Positions 53,901 to 62,004 of a stretch of 64,000 nt of DNA are shown here, piece by piece. The number at the start of each line of letters is the position of its first letter. Within the stretch, counting starts at the first letter, position 1. The position numbers and the translations under genes are program-made. The notes beneath the pieces were generated by a model. That model saw only the letters and a program-made list of their open reading frames with translations, had not been told where the DNA came from and made no database searches. Source of the DNA: an uncultured Veillonellaceae bacterium (lineage in GTDB: Bacteria; Bacillota; Negativicutes; JARBTT01); assembly GCA_963805085.1 (NCBI GenBank), contig CAWDTA010000002.1:1120001-1184000 (forward strand), given 5' to 3'.

Positions 53901-54147
53901 CGCTGGTAGATAACATGGACACCATATTTTGCACGCCATTGACTTGCATTTCGATCAACTGAGCGACCGTTTGCTCCACGACTTTCGCATTGGCCGCCGA
54001 ATAGGTCGTCGAAACGTTAACTTGTGGCGGGGTAATTTGTGGATAGCGGGCTATTGGTAAATTCACTGCGGAAATTAATCCTATCAACGTTATAATAATT
54101 GATAACACAATAGCGAAAATTGGACGCTCAATAAAAAATTTAGCCAT
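50995..54147 (-). CDS. RND efflux permease, HAE1 (AcrB/MexB-like)
   Basis: FFIERPIFA, AIGLVVDDAIVV, AKNAILIVEFA, RLRPILMTS motifs; RBS ggag before ATG 54147. Confidence 0.95.
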   Translation of the reverse strand: MAKFFIERPIFAIVLSIIITLIGLISAVNLPIARYPQITPPQVNVSTTYSAANAKVVEQTVAQLIEMQVNGVQNMVSMLSTSANDGTYNLNVKFELGQDPDIATVQTQNRASQANASLPTAVTQEGLTIRKVSPATAYVFSLWSPNGTYDGTFLKNYGDINLVDALKRVPGVGNVVESGSDFAMRIWLQPDKMAHLGITTTAIANAITEQNAQAPAGTIGGEPSPADQESQISAIVQGRLLNPEEFSNIIIKENTDGSLIRIRDVGRVELGAKSYTSNSDINGQPAATFRIQLTTDANALETIAKCQKTIDEASKKFPNDMEYKVIVDFNEFVKESMKEVLITLLESLLLVMVVVFIFLQTWRATLIPMLAVPVSLVGTLGSFYILGFSINILTMFAMVLAIGLVVDDAIVVIEAVEHHLRYNALTPKEATIKAMNEVSGPVVAIAFVLASVFIPVAFFGGTSGILYRQFALTIAVSMGLSAIVALSLTPALCVLLLKPHNPNAHTGKLGLWFEKFNTWFDQLIENYGQGLNKVTKKARMCMVLLAVLVILSGALFHMVPSSFVPSEDQGFFTIAVTLPEATNMKRTRAVADKVADEVRSIPGVQDVLVINGTDFVSGASKPNTALLYTRLKSWGERETPDLQVSQIIQQVAAKSKNVPEASIQSFNAPSLPGIGSRGGFTLMLEDMESSSDDELNQISQKFIATAKNRPEIGNVNSTFRIDTPLYKYEVDREKAKTLKVSLTDIYSALKVFLGGYQVNDFNDFGRTFKVIMQAESQFRNNAEDIRFFYVESSDGVMVPLNTLVKPTFTSGPAVIQRFNGYRAIQLSGNPAPGYSSGQAMQALEEVAAQTLPAQFSYEWSDQSREEKISGGKAPVLFAFSLLFVFLCLAALYESWSIPFVIILCVPIGIFGAFLSQYLRHIENDIYMQIGLIMLIGLAAKNAILIVEFAKLRVDNGMNPLQAVIEAAKIRLRPILMTSLAFIIGCIPLALATGAGAGSRVSMGTAVVGGMFAATSLGVFLIPVLFIVIDRINKKLKVSVINKLKKIFTSH

Positions 54148-54447
54148 GAATCTTGTCTCCATTCTAATTCTGTCATTACTTCTTCAATTTTAATTCCAGA
54201 TGCTTCAACAAATTTGCTCACCTACGGATGCACAAAACACTATGTTTCATTTTCGTATACTTTAAGATTGAAATCTTCAAAAGCCTTTTTATCGTTTTCG
54301 ACAATTTCCTTGTTTTTTTTACACAATGAAACTACAATAAAAAAATAATAGCACAATGTGGCAATTACTACAATATTCGATCTACATGAATTGGGCTGTA
54401 GAAAAAAAAATAAGCCTAGAAGTTTTAGTGCTATATATATTTGTGTA

Positions 54448-54595
54448 TTGACAAATATAAAAAATTAAACTAAAATCATAAACATATTAATCATATATGA
54501 ACAATATAGAATGTCAAAAATAAATAGTTTTGCTGATCAGAAAACTGAAGGCAGAAAAACAGGTAATTACTGTTTTTCTGCCTTCGTTTTTTTTT
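54448..54595 (+). promoter_or_regulatory. sigma70/A promoter followed by a leader terminator (attenuator)
   Basis: TTGACA (54448)-17 bp-TAAAAT (54471); 16-bp stem at 54547-54585 plus U9, upstream of the first start codon. Confidence 0.7.
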
Positions 54596-54650
54596 ACTGT
54601 ATTAAAGCCATAAGGATTCAATCAAAACAAAATAAATGGAGGAATTTCAT

Positions 54651-55646
54651 ATGACGCAGACAAAAAAAGAATTGGTGCAAGCGGCACTCAACAATCAACC
54701 AGTGGATCGTGTTCCGGTGGGGTTCTGGTTTCATTACTTGGCGGATGAGGTAAATTCAAATGCACTTATTGATCCGAATATCGCGAGGCAGAATCTCGAC
54801 GGCCATCGCGCGTTTTATGAACGGTTTCAGCCGGATTTTGTAAAACTGATGAGTGATGGTTATTTCATCTATCCAAATGAAGGATTACAAAAGGTAACCT
54901 CGGTGCAAGACCTTAAAAATCTTCGTCATCTTGGTCCTAAGCATCCGTGGATTGAAAGGCAGGTTGAACTTGTAAAGAATCTACAGGACATCTTTGGCGA
55001 TGAGGTACTGACGTTTTACAACATATTTGCGCCAGCTCGCTATCTTGAGTGGTCGTTGCCTACTTACGGAAAAAATATTCTCGGTGATTTTATCGCAGAG
55101 GATAAGGAAGCCTTTAAAGCAGCACTTGCTGTTGTGACCGAGGATGTGGCCTCCTTGGCAGAGAGGATTATCAAAGACGGCGGTGCCGATGGTATTTATT
55201 TTAGTGTTCAGAACATTGATGATAGTCGGGTTACGCACTCGGTATATAAAGATGTGATTGAGCCGGGTGAACAATCCGTTTTGGCGGTGGCCAATGAAGT
55301 GAGCGATAACAACATTCTCCATATCTGCGGTTACGAAGGGCATCACAATGATCTTAGCTGGTATGCGGATTACGCAGCCAAAGCCTATAACTGGGCGGCC
55401 AAGGTTGAAAATATATCACTTGAGGCAGGCAAAAAAATCTTTGGTGGTAAAGCCGTAATTGGCGGTTTTGGTAATACAAGAGAAGATGTATTATATAGCG
55501 GCACAGAGAAAAGCATTACGGACGAAACAGCAAGAATTCTGCAGGCTGCTGGCAGTACGGGCATCATTTTAGGAGCCGACTGCACAGTGCCGCGCGATAC
55601 CGATTTGAAACATCTGGAATGGGTGCGGCAGGTGGGGAAACACTGA
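54651..55646 (+). CDS. uroporphyrinogen decarboxylase-like (URO-D/CIMS) family protein
   Basis: DRVPVGFWFH, PDFVKLMSDG, LHICG, ILGADCTVP motifs; RBS ggagg. Confidence 0.85.
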   Translation: MTQTKKELVQAALNNQPVDRVPVGFWFHYLADEVNSNALIDPNIARQNLDGHRAFYERFQPDFVKLMSDGYFIYPNEGLQKVTSVQDLKNLRHLGPKHPWIERQVELVKNLQDIFGDEVLTFYNIFAPARYLEWSLPTYGKNILGDFIAEDKEAFKAALAVVTEDVASLAERIIKDGGADGIYFSVQNIDDSRVTHSVYKDVIEPGEQSVLAVANEVSDNNILHICGYEGHHNDLSWYADYAAKAYNWAAKVENISLEAGKKIFGGKAVIGGFGNTREDVLYSGTEKSITDETARILQAAGSTGIILGADCTVPRDTDLKHLEWVRQVGKH

Positions 55647-55696
55647 AGGTGAAGACAGCAGTGTACTACAATGATAAATAAAAGGAGAGAAGCATC

Positions 55697-56560
55697 ATGA
55701 ATTTCATAAAGGCAAAAAAAGCTTTTGGTATTATATTTACGGCAATTATCGCCATTGGGCTCGTCGGTTGCGGTGGTGAGAAGGCTGTGAAAGGAAATGA
55801 TGGCGGTCAGGGACCAAAGGTTGTCCGAGTTGCACATACGCAGACCTATGTACCTTATGATTTTGTTAATGATAAGGGCGAATCTGATGGTTTTGAAGTG
55901 CAGGTACTTAAAGAGGTGGCTAAACTTTTGCCACAGTATAAGTTTGAATTTGTGCCGACCTCCGATGACGATTTGCTGATTGGCGTGGAATCTGGTAAAT
56001 ACAATGTAGGCATCAAGGGGGCATGGTATACGGAGCAGCGCAAGGATAAGTTCATCTTCCCGAAAGAACCAGTCGGCGCGAGTATCATCGGTTTTGCCTT
56101 CCGTAAGGAAAATGCCGATCAAATAAAGGATATTGAGTCCTTTGCGAAATTTAGTGGTAAACTTGTGCCGATTGCACCGCAGAACGCGCAGTATGCTGTC
56201 ATCGAAAACTTTAACAAATCACATACTGATAAGCCAATCAAGCTTGTATCCTCAGAAGCATTCACCATTGCCGATGCTTATACCTGGGTCCTTGAAGGGC
56301 GCTACGACGCGTACCTTGATATTGATTTGAGTTATAAAAACAATGTTGAAAAAGAAAGTGGTGCCTACCACAATCTCGCTGATAAGCTCTCTTATGTACG
56401 CTATAAAGCTATCCCAACGTATCCGTTATTTAATAAAAAAGATCAACAGTTTGCTGATGACTATGACAAAGCTTACAAACAGTTAAAGGAAAGTGGCAAG
56501 ATTCTTGACCTCGAAAAGCAGTATTTCGGGGAAGATGTCTTCCAATATGTAAAAGATTAA
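55697..56560 (+). CDS. polar amino acid ABC transporter substrate-binding lipoprotein (cystine/S-alkylcysteine type)
   Basis: Lipobox LVGC; PYDFVNDKGESDGFE; SBP family 3. Confidence 0.88.
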   Translation: MNFIKAKKAFGIIFTAIIAIGLVGCGGEKAVKGNDGGQGPKVVRVAHTQTYVPYDFVNDKGESDGFEVQVLKEVAKLLPQYKFEFVPTSDDDLLIGVESGKYNVGIKGAWYTEQRKDKFIFPKEPVGASIIGFAFRKENADQIKDIESFAKFSGKLVPIAPQNAQYAVIENFNKSHTDKPIKLVSSEAFTIADAYTWVLEGRYDAYLDIDLSYKNNVEKESGAYHNLADKLSYVRYKAIPTYPLFNKKDQQFADDYDKAYKQLKESGKILDLEKQYFGEDVFQYVKD

Positions 56561-56569
56561 AGTTGAGGA

Positions 56570-57277
56570 ATGATAGGAATGAGACCATTTAATCCGCAAT
56601 TTATCCTAGATGTCATACCGAATTTGCTACCGTTTTTATGGGTGACATTGGCGGTAGTGCTGGGAACTGTATTTTTCGGTTCACTCCTCGGTTTCGTGCT
56701 AGCACGGGCGAAACTGAGCCAGAAGCCGCGCTACCGTTGGTTGGCAGATGGCTATACATATATCATTCGCTGCACACCATCAATCGTGCTCCTATTCATC
56801 GTGTTTTACGGTCTGCCTAAGTTCTTCCTTGAAGTATGCGACACGGATATCAACGGCTACGACAAGATCTTCTTTGTTCTAGTGACGTTTACGCTACTAT
56901 TTGCGGCGCCGATATCCGAGGTCATGCGTTCAGCATATGAGGCGATTGACCACGGACAGTATGAAGCAGCAGTCAGCATCGGGCTTACGCCCCGGCAGGC
57001 ATTTTATCACATAGTTTTGCCACAGGCGACGGTCGTTGCCCTGCCGAACTTTGGTAATTCGGTGATCAATCTGATGAAAGAGGGATCGCTTGCCTATACG
57101 ATCGGACTGATTGATCTGATTGGTAAAGGTCAACTCATCATTTCGCAGAATTATGGAGCCTATGCTCTAGAAACGTATTTGGCATTGTCCTTTCTTTATC
57201 TGTTGCTTACGTTGGGCGTAGAAAAATCGTTTTTACGTTTAGAACATGCATTTTCCCGGCAGAAGAAAGTAGCCTAG
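56570..57277 (+). CDS. amino acid ABC transporter permease
   Basis: RCTP, SEVMRS...GQYEAA...GLT (EAA motif). Confidence 0.9.
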   Translation: MIGMRPFNPQFILDVIPNLLPFLWVTLAVVLGTVFFGSLLGFVLARAKLSQKPRYRWLADGYTYIIRCTPSIVLLFIVFYGLPKFFLEVCDTDINGYDKIFFVLVTFTLLFAAPISEVMRSAYEAIDHGQYEAAVSIGLTPRQAFYHIVLPQATVVALPNFGNSVINLMKEGSLAYTIGLIDLIGKGQLIISQNYGAYALETYLALSFLYLLLTLGVEKSFLRLEHAFSRQKKVA

Positions 57278-57287
57278 GAGGCAGACT

Positions 57288-57998
57288 ATGGATATCGATT
57301 ATCAATTTTTAGTAAAGACATTTTATCTGGTGTTGTCGGCCGTACCGATGACGATTAACATCACGGCAGTATCACTCTTAATTGCCATGCCACTTGCGTT
57401 TTACTTGGCGGTACTCAGACTGCGTCCAGGAAAATACATTAGGCCCATCATCAGTGGCTATATTACCTTTGTGCGCGGCACGCCGATTGTTCTGCAAATT
57501 CTCATTATCTATAGTATCTTGCCGAGTCTCCTGAACAGTATAGCCAAAGGATTTGCATTACCAGTCAATGTATTTGAATGGAATCCAATCATGTATGCGT
57601 ACATTATTTTTTCGCTGAATACGACGGCGCTTTTGTGTGAGGTGTTTCGTTCGGCGCTTGGCAGTATAAATAAGGGGCAGTTAGAGGCAGCACTTTGTGC
57701 TGGCATGACGACCGTACAGGCCTATCGGCATATCATCATTCCGCAGGCACTGGTCGTTGCGATGCCCAATATATGTAATATAACAGTGAATCTCATCAAA
57801 GGAACTTCACTTGCGTTCTTGATGACGGTCAAGGACATGACCGCTGTCGCCAAGATCGCGGCGTCTTACGGCTACAATTACATTGAAGCGTATATGGATG
57901 TTTTTGTCGGTTATATCATTGTCTGCTCCGTCGTACAGGTCGCATTCGCTTTCGCGGAAAAACACGTCGGAAAGTTTCGTCTCATCAAGCAAAAGTAG
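57288..57998 (+). CDS. amino acid ABC transporter permease
   Basis: [22 protein letters not shown] motifs. Confidence 0.9.
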   Translation: MDIDYQFLVKTFYLVLSAVPMTINITAVSLLIAMPLAFYLAVLRLRPGKYIRPIISGYITFVRGTPIVLQILIIYSILPSLLNSIAKGFALPVNVFEWNPIMYAYIIFSLNTTALLCEVFRSALGSINKGQLEAALCAGMTTVQAYRHIIIPQALVVAMPNICNITVNLIKGTSLAFLMTVKDMTAVAKIAASYGYNYIEAYMDVFVGYIIVCSVVQVAFAFAEKHVGKFRLIKQK

Positions 57999-58006
57999 GT
58001 GTAAAT

Positions 58007-58759
58007 ATGTTAAAGATCACGAATGTCCATAAAAAATACAACGATAATGAAGTCCTGAAAGGTGTCGATATCACTGTTGATAAAGGAGATGTCGTTGTTA
58101 TCCTCGGACCGAGCGGTTCAGGCAAGACAACGCTGCTGCGGTGTATAAACTTTCTTGACCATGCCGATCAAGGCGAGATGGAATTCGATGAATACCATCT
58201 GCAGCTAAACAGTGCATCGACCAATGAAGTGAGAAAAATCCGTCAGAAAACAGCATTCGTCTTTCAAAATTATAATTTATTCCAAAATAAAACGGTGTTA
58301 GAAAATGTTACGGCAGGGCTCATTATCGGTCGCAATATGGAAAAGAAGGAAGCAGTAGACCTCGCACAAAAGGCACTTGCTAAAGTAGGTCTAGCTGATC
58401 GCGCCGACTTTTATCCCACGCAACTTTCTGGGGGACAGCAGCAACGTGTCGGCATTGCAAGAGCGATTGCTGTACAGCCGGATGTTATCTTGTTCGATGA
58501 GCCGACATCGGCACTTGATCCCGAGCTTATCGGCGAAGTGCTAGGTATTATCAAGCAGCTCGCCAAGGAAGGAACGACGATGGTCATTGTAACGCATGAA
58601 ATGAAGTTTGCTGCCGATGTGGCTACGCACGTCATCTTTATGGCTGATGGGAATATCATTGAAGAGGGGCCGCCGAAAGATATATTTCAGCGGCCTAAAG
58701 AAGAGCGCACGCGAAACTTTTTGCGTCGTATCCTGCCGCAGGTGGAATACAATATTTGA
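58007..58759 (+). CDS. amino acid ABC transporter ATP-binding protein
   Basis: [24 protein letters not shown] motifs. Confidence 0.93.
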   Translation: MLKITNVHKKYNDNEVLKGVDITVDKGDVVVILGPSGSGKTTLLRCINFLDHADQGEMEFDEYHLQLNSASTNEVRKIRQKTAFVFQNYNLFQNKTVLENVTAGLIIGRNMEKKEAVDLAQKALAKVGLADRADFYPTQLSGGQQQRVGIARAIAVQPDVILFDEPTSALDPELIGEVLGIIKQLAKEGTTMVIVTHEMKFAADVATHVIFMADGNIIEEGPPKDIFQRPKEERTRNFLRRILPQVEYNI

Positions 58760-59227
58760 ACCGCTGTAACGCTTTCGCGGCGCAGGGGAAAAGTGCAAAG
58801 AAATGCTAATTTTTTTGGTAAATATATAGTGCGAAATCAAAATGCCAATCAACTAACTTTATGTTATTTGTATTGGCATTTTTTATTTATTAGATGTGTT
58901 GAGGTTTATCTTAGAATAAGCCTTATTTATTTGCAATAGAAGACAAAAAATATATAGAATATCTCATCTGTAAATAAAGGACATATCTTTTTGACAGATA
59001 GAATGTTAATGATATATAATTCTAAATAAAAATGAATATGTTCTTCTGGAAATAAATACCTAATAAAAGAAGATATTACTTCTAATTTTCAAATATAGTT
59101 GTAAAGAAAATATCGCAATGACGCGTCACATTGGTTTAAATTCTATATGCACTTCAATGTGTTTATTTGCTATTGACGCTACAATAAGAACTATTAAAAG
59201 ATATATGATGAAGGAGAAAATGCAATT

Positions 59228-59941
59228 ATGGTTAAATATCGAGAAATTGCCAAAGATTTGCGAGATAAAATATTAAATAAACTATATTTGCCAGGGGTGC
59301 AGCTTCCTCAGGAAAAGGAAATGTGCCGCACTTATAATGTTAGCCGTATTACGATAAAAAAAGCGGTAGATGAATTGGTTAATGCAGGGCTTGTGATCAA
59401 GCGACGAGGAGCTGGAACTTTTATAAAGTCAGTAAATGATGATGCGGTGAAGGAACTTAGTATGGTACAGCAATTTACTGGTTTTACAGAATCGAATCAA
59501 GGGAAAAGTATCTTTTCGGAGATTATTAGGTTTGAGATAGTTCATCCTTCGGCTGAAGTTGCGGATAAATTGCAAATTGACAAAGACGGTTTTGTTTATG
59601 ATATTATTCGTGCTCGTTATGCGGATAAAGAACCGTTTGTTGTAGAATATACCCAGATGCCATTGGATATCATCCCGGGATTAAAACGTGATGTTTTATT
59701 CGATTCTATTTACCGCTATATTCAAAGTGGATTAAAATTAAAGATTCAGTCTGCGCATCGTGCAATACGAGCAATGTGGCCAAATGAGATAGAACAAAAA
59801 TATTTGAAAATAGATACTAGTTTTCCTATGCTAGAGGTGGAGCAAGTTGCTTATTTGGACGATGGCCGTGCATTTGAGCATTCTATTTCACGACATCGTA
59901 GTGATAAGATTATTTTTAAAACTTTGAGTATCAGAGCTTAA
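59228..59941 (+). CDS. GntR/HutC (UTRA) regulator, GmuR-like
   Basis: N-terminal wHTH (LPQE...VSRITIKKA...RRGAGTF) and C-terminal UTRA; next to a mannanase. Confidence 0.88.
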   Translation: MVKYREIAKDLRDKILNKLYLPGVQLPQEKEMCRTYNVSRITIKKAVDELVNAGLVIKRRGAGTFIKSVNDDAVKELSMVQQFTGFTESNQGKSIFSEIIRFEIVHPSAEVADKLQIDKDGFVYDIIRARYADKEPFVVEYTQMPLDIIPGLKRDVLFDSIYRYIQSGLKLKIQSAHRAIRAMWPNEIEQKYLKIDTSFPMLEVEQVAYLDDGRAFEHSISRHRSDKIIFKTLSIRA

Positions 59942-60057
59942 TTCATAATATTCAGAGACTAGAATGACAATCTACGCGTTTGTACATGATCGTCAAAAGG
60001 ATATTAGACTATCAGCTCTTCGCGGTATGATCTTGATTTATCAAAGTAAGTCCTAAT

Positions 60058-60108
60058 AAAAAAACAGTCATTGAGTGTCTATATTTCCTCAATGACTGTT
60101 TTTTTTTT
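60058..60108. terminator. bidirectional terminator
   Basis: A-tract-cagtcattgag / ctcaatgactg-T-tract. Confidence 0.8.
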
Positions 60109-60222
60109 GTAATTCATATAAAAAGTAGCGTATTTTACAGTAGCTAATTTAAAGGTATAAATATCATCCTGTTAGTACAGTAGTGCAATTCAATAGTTTA
60201 TATTTGGGAATTAAATTTGGAA

Positions 60223-61575
60223 TTAGAAGGCGAAGATGAGATTCGAGAAGAAAGCTGTATGATGGGGATGATTCGCGTCATAGTTAGAGTCAATTGCCTT
60301 ACCGAAGAAGACATAGTTCTGCAACTGAATACTCTTCGTGAAGTGGTACCAGACGCTGGCCTCCATGCCCTTGCTGCCTGGTTTTTCACTGCCATTGACA
60401 ACGCTAGACATAATCAGGGCATCAGAGCCGAGGTAACGATAGCCGATGGATGAACCCCAGCGCTTGTCGGTTCCCCATGGACTGCCGTTGTAGACGAGCT
60501 TGAAATCATAGGCTTTGTTCTGATAGTCCTGGTTACCGTGAGAATAGAAGCCCACGAGATTGAGATTGTCGGCCAGCTTCTGACGGGCGTTGAGAGCGAT
60601 AATTCCCAGTCTACTGTCATCATAGGCATTCGGGGACTTCAGGCTGTAGTAGCCAAGGCCGGCAGAAGTCTTGGGCGTAAAAGTATGCTCAGCAGAAAAA
60701 CCATAGACACCAAGCGTATTGTCATCTTTATCGCTTCCGTCATTGTAGAAATCATAGCGATTGCCATGACGGATGAAGCCGTCCGACCAAGGAGAGGACA
60801 GATCAGCATTCTTTTCATACACTTTACCGGTATAGGCGCGAAGTGTAGTTTTACCAACATTGTAGTCAACCTCAACACCTTTGGTGCGGGCATTGCCAAC
60901 AACACCTTCCTGTAAGCTAGGGGTGAAGAGACCAATCGAGGCGTTGAGATCTTTACCGAGCGGGCCCTGGGCATAGAGTCGGTAAATCATGGCATTGACA
61001 TCTTTATTAGATGTGCCATAAAGATCAGAGAAGGATTCTTCCCCATTCCAGCCCTTGGTGTTGGTTCCCCATTTCCAGTCAAGACCGCTGTGGACTCCCC
61101 ATCCATCGCCGATATCGCTATCGACATTCAGGAACAGTTCTTTTTCCCACCAGGTATTGCCGCCTGTAATGCCTTTCATGGCCTTGTTGGCGAAGACGCC
61201 GCTAAATTTTACGTTGCCGGACTTCTTTTCAAGGTTCTGTATGCGGATGCCGAGAGAATTCAACTCATCGGAGAATTCATTAGACAGGCGCTGGATTAGA
61301 GCCTTGTCCTCTTCGCTGGCCTTTTCAGAATGCGTGCGGGCGCTGGCAATCATCTGTGCCATTTCATAGCGGGTGATTGCGCGGTCGCCGCGAAACGTGC
61401 CATCGCCATAGCCCGTGACAATACCGTCATTGGTCAGTTTGGTGACAGCGGCTACCGCCCAGTTATCCTTCGATACATCATAGTATAACTGATCAGCAGA
61501 TGCTGCAGATGCTGCACTTGCGCTGATGATGAGTGTGGATAAGACCGATAGAACAACTTTCTTTTTGTTTCTCAT
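60223..61575 (-). CDS. SLH-domain outer membrane porin (OmpM-like)
   Basis: Signal peptide; SLH (WA..AV..L...GIVTGYGDGTFRGDRAITRYEMA); coiled coil; aromatic beta strands; C-terminal Phe. Confidence 0.88.
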   Translation of the reverse strand: MRNKKKVVLSVLSTLIISASAASAASADQLYYDVSKDNWAVAAVTKLTNDGIVTGYGDGTFRGDRAITRYEMAQMIASARTHSEKASEEDKALIQRLSNEFSDELNSLGIRIQNLEKKSGNVKFSGVFANKAMKGITGGNTWWEKELFLNVDSDIGDGWGVHSGLDWKWGTNTKGWNGEESFSDLYGTSNKDVNAMIYRLYAQGPLGKDLNASIGLFTPSLQEGVVGNARTKGVEVDYNVGKTTLRAYTGKVYEKNADLSSPWSDGFIRHGNRYDFYNDGSDKDDNTLGVYGFSAEHTFTPKTSAGLGYYSLKSPNAYDDSRLGIIALNARQKLADNLNLVGFYSHGNQDYQNKAYDFKLVYNGSPWGTDKRWGSSIGYRYLGSDALIMSSVVNGSEKPGSKGMEASVWYHFTKSIQLQNYVFFGKAIDSNYDANHPHHTAFFSNLIFAF

Positions 61576-61640
61576 AGTTCTTCCTCTCTCCCATTACTAT
61601 TTAAGTAAAACTTTAAAAAATAAAACTTTACTTAAATACG

Positions 61641-61718
61641 ATAGTACAATAAAGGTGTTACATTGTCAATTAAAAGATATAACTTTTAATTGACAATAGA
61701 TATACTTAATCTTATAAT
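61641..61718. promoter_or_regulatory. back-to-back divergent promoters sharing a 15-bp inverted repeat
   Basis: attgtcaattaaaag-N6-cttttaattgacaat. Plus strand: TTGACA (61690)-17-TATAAT (61713). Minus strand: TTGACA (61669)-17-TACTAT (61646). Confidence 0.8.
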
Positions 61719-61783
61719 TGAAAATGAAAGCAAAAAGCATTAGGCAATGATTTAGTAAAGAAGATAAATAAGAGGAGATGTTT

Positions 61784-61882
61784 ATGAAAGAAAAATTTAT
61801 TAAGGTTGCAATCGTATGTGCGCTCATTGGTGAGACTATACCGGTATTAGCTTTTGCGGCAGTGAGTAGTAAGGATTTATAG
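61784..61882 (+). pseudogene. 32-aa signal-peptide-like ORF, probable relic of a secreted protein gene
   Basis: Strong RBS gaggag; MKEKFIKVAIVCALIGETIPVLAFAAVSSKDL*. Confidence 0.45.
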
Positions 61883-62004
61883 CTAACGATCCAAATAACA
61901 AGGTATACATAGAAAGAACTGCTTATGCCGACAATGGTAAGGCGAGTAGGATTGCATAGAGGTAGAATTTCAATTATATTTCAAATCAAAAGGAGAATTA
62001 TACG

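Noticed and set aside
55385-56122. 245-aa minus-strand ORF, and the overlapping ORFs at 60198-61369
   Set aside because: They overlap well-supported genes (mostly antisense) in more GC-rich DNA and show no recognisable motifs.
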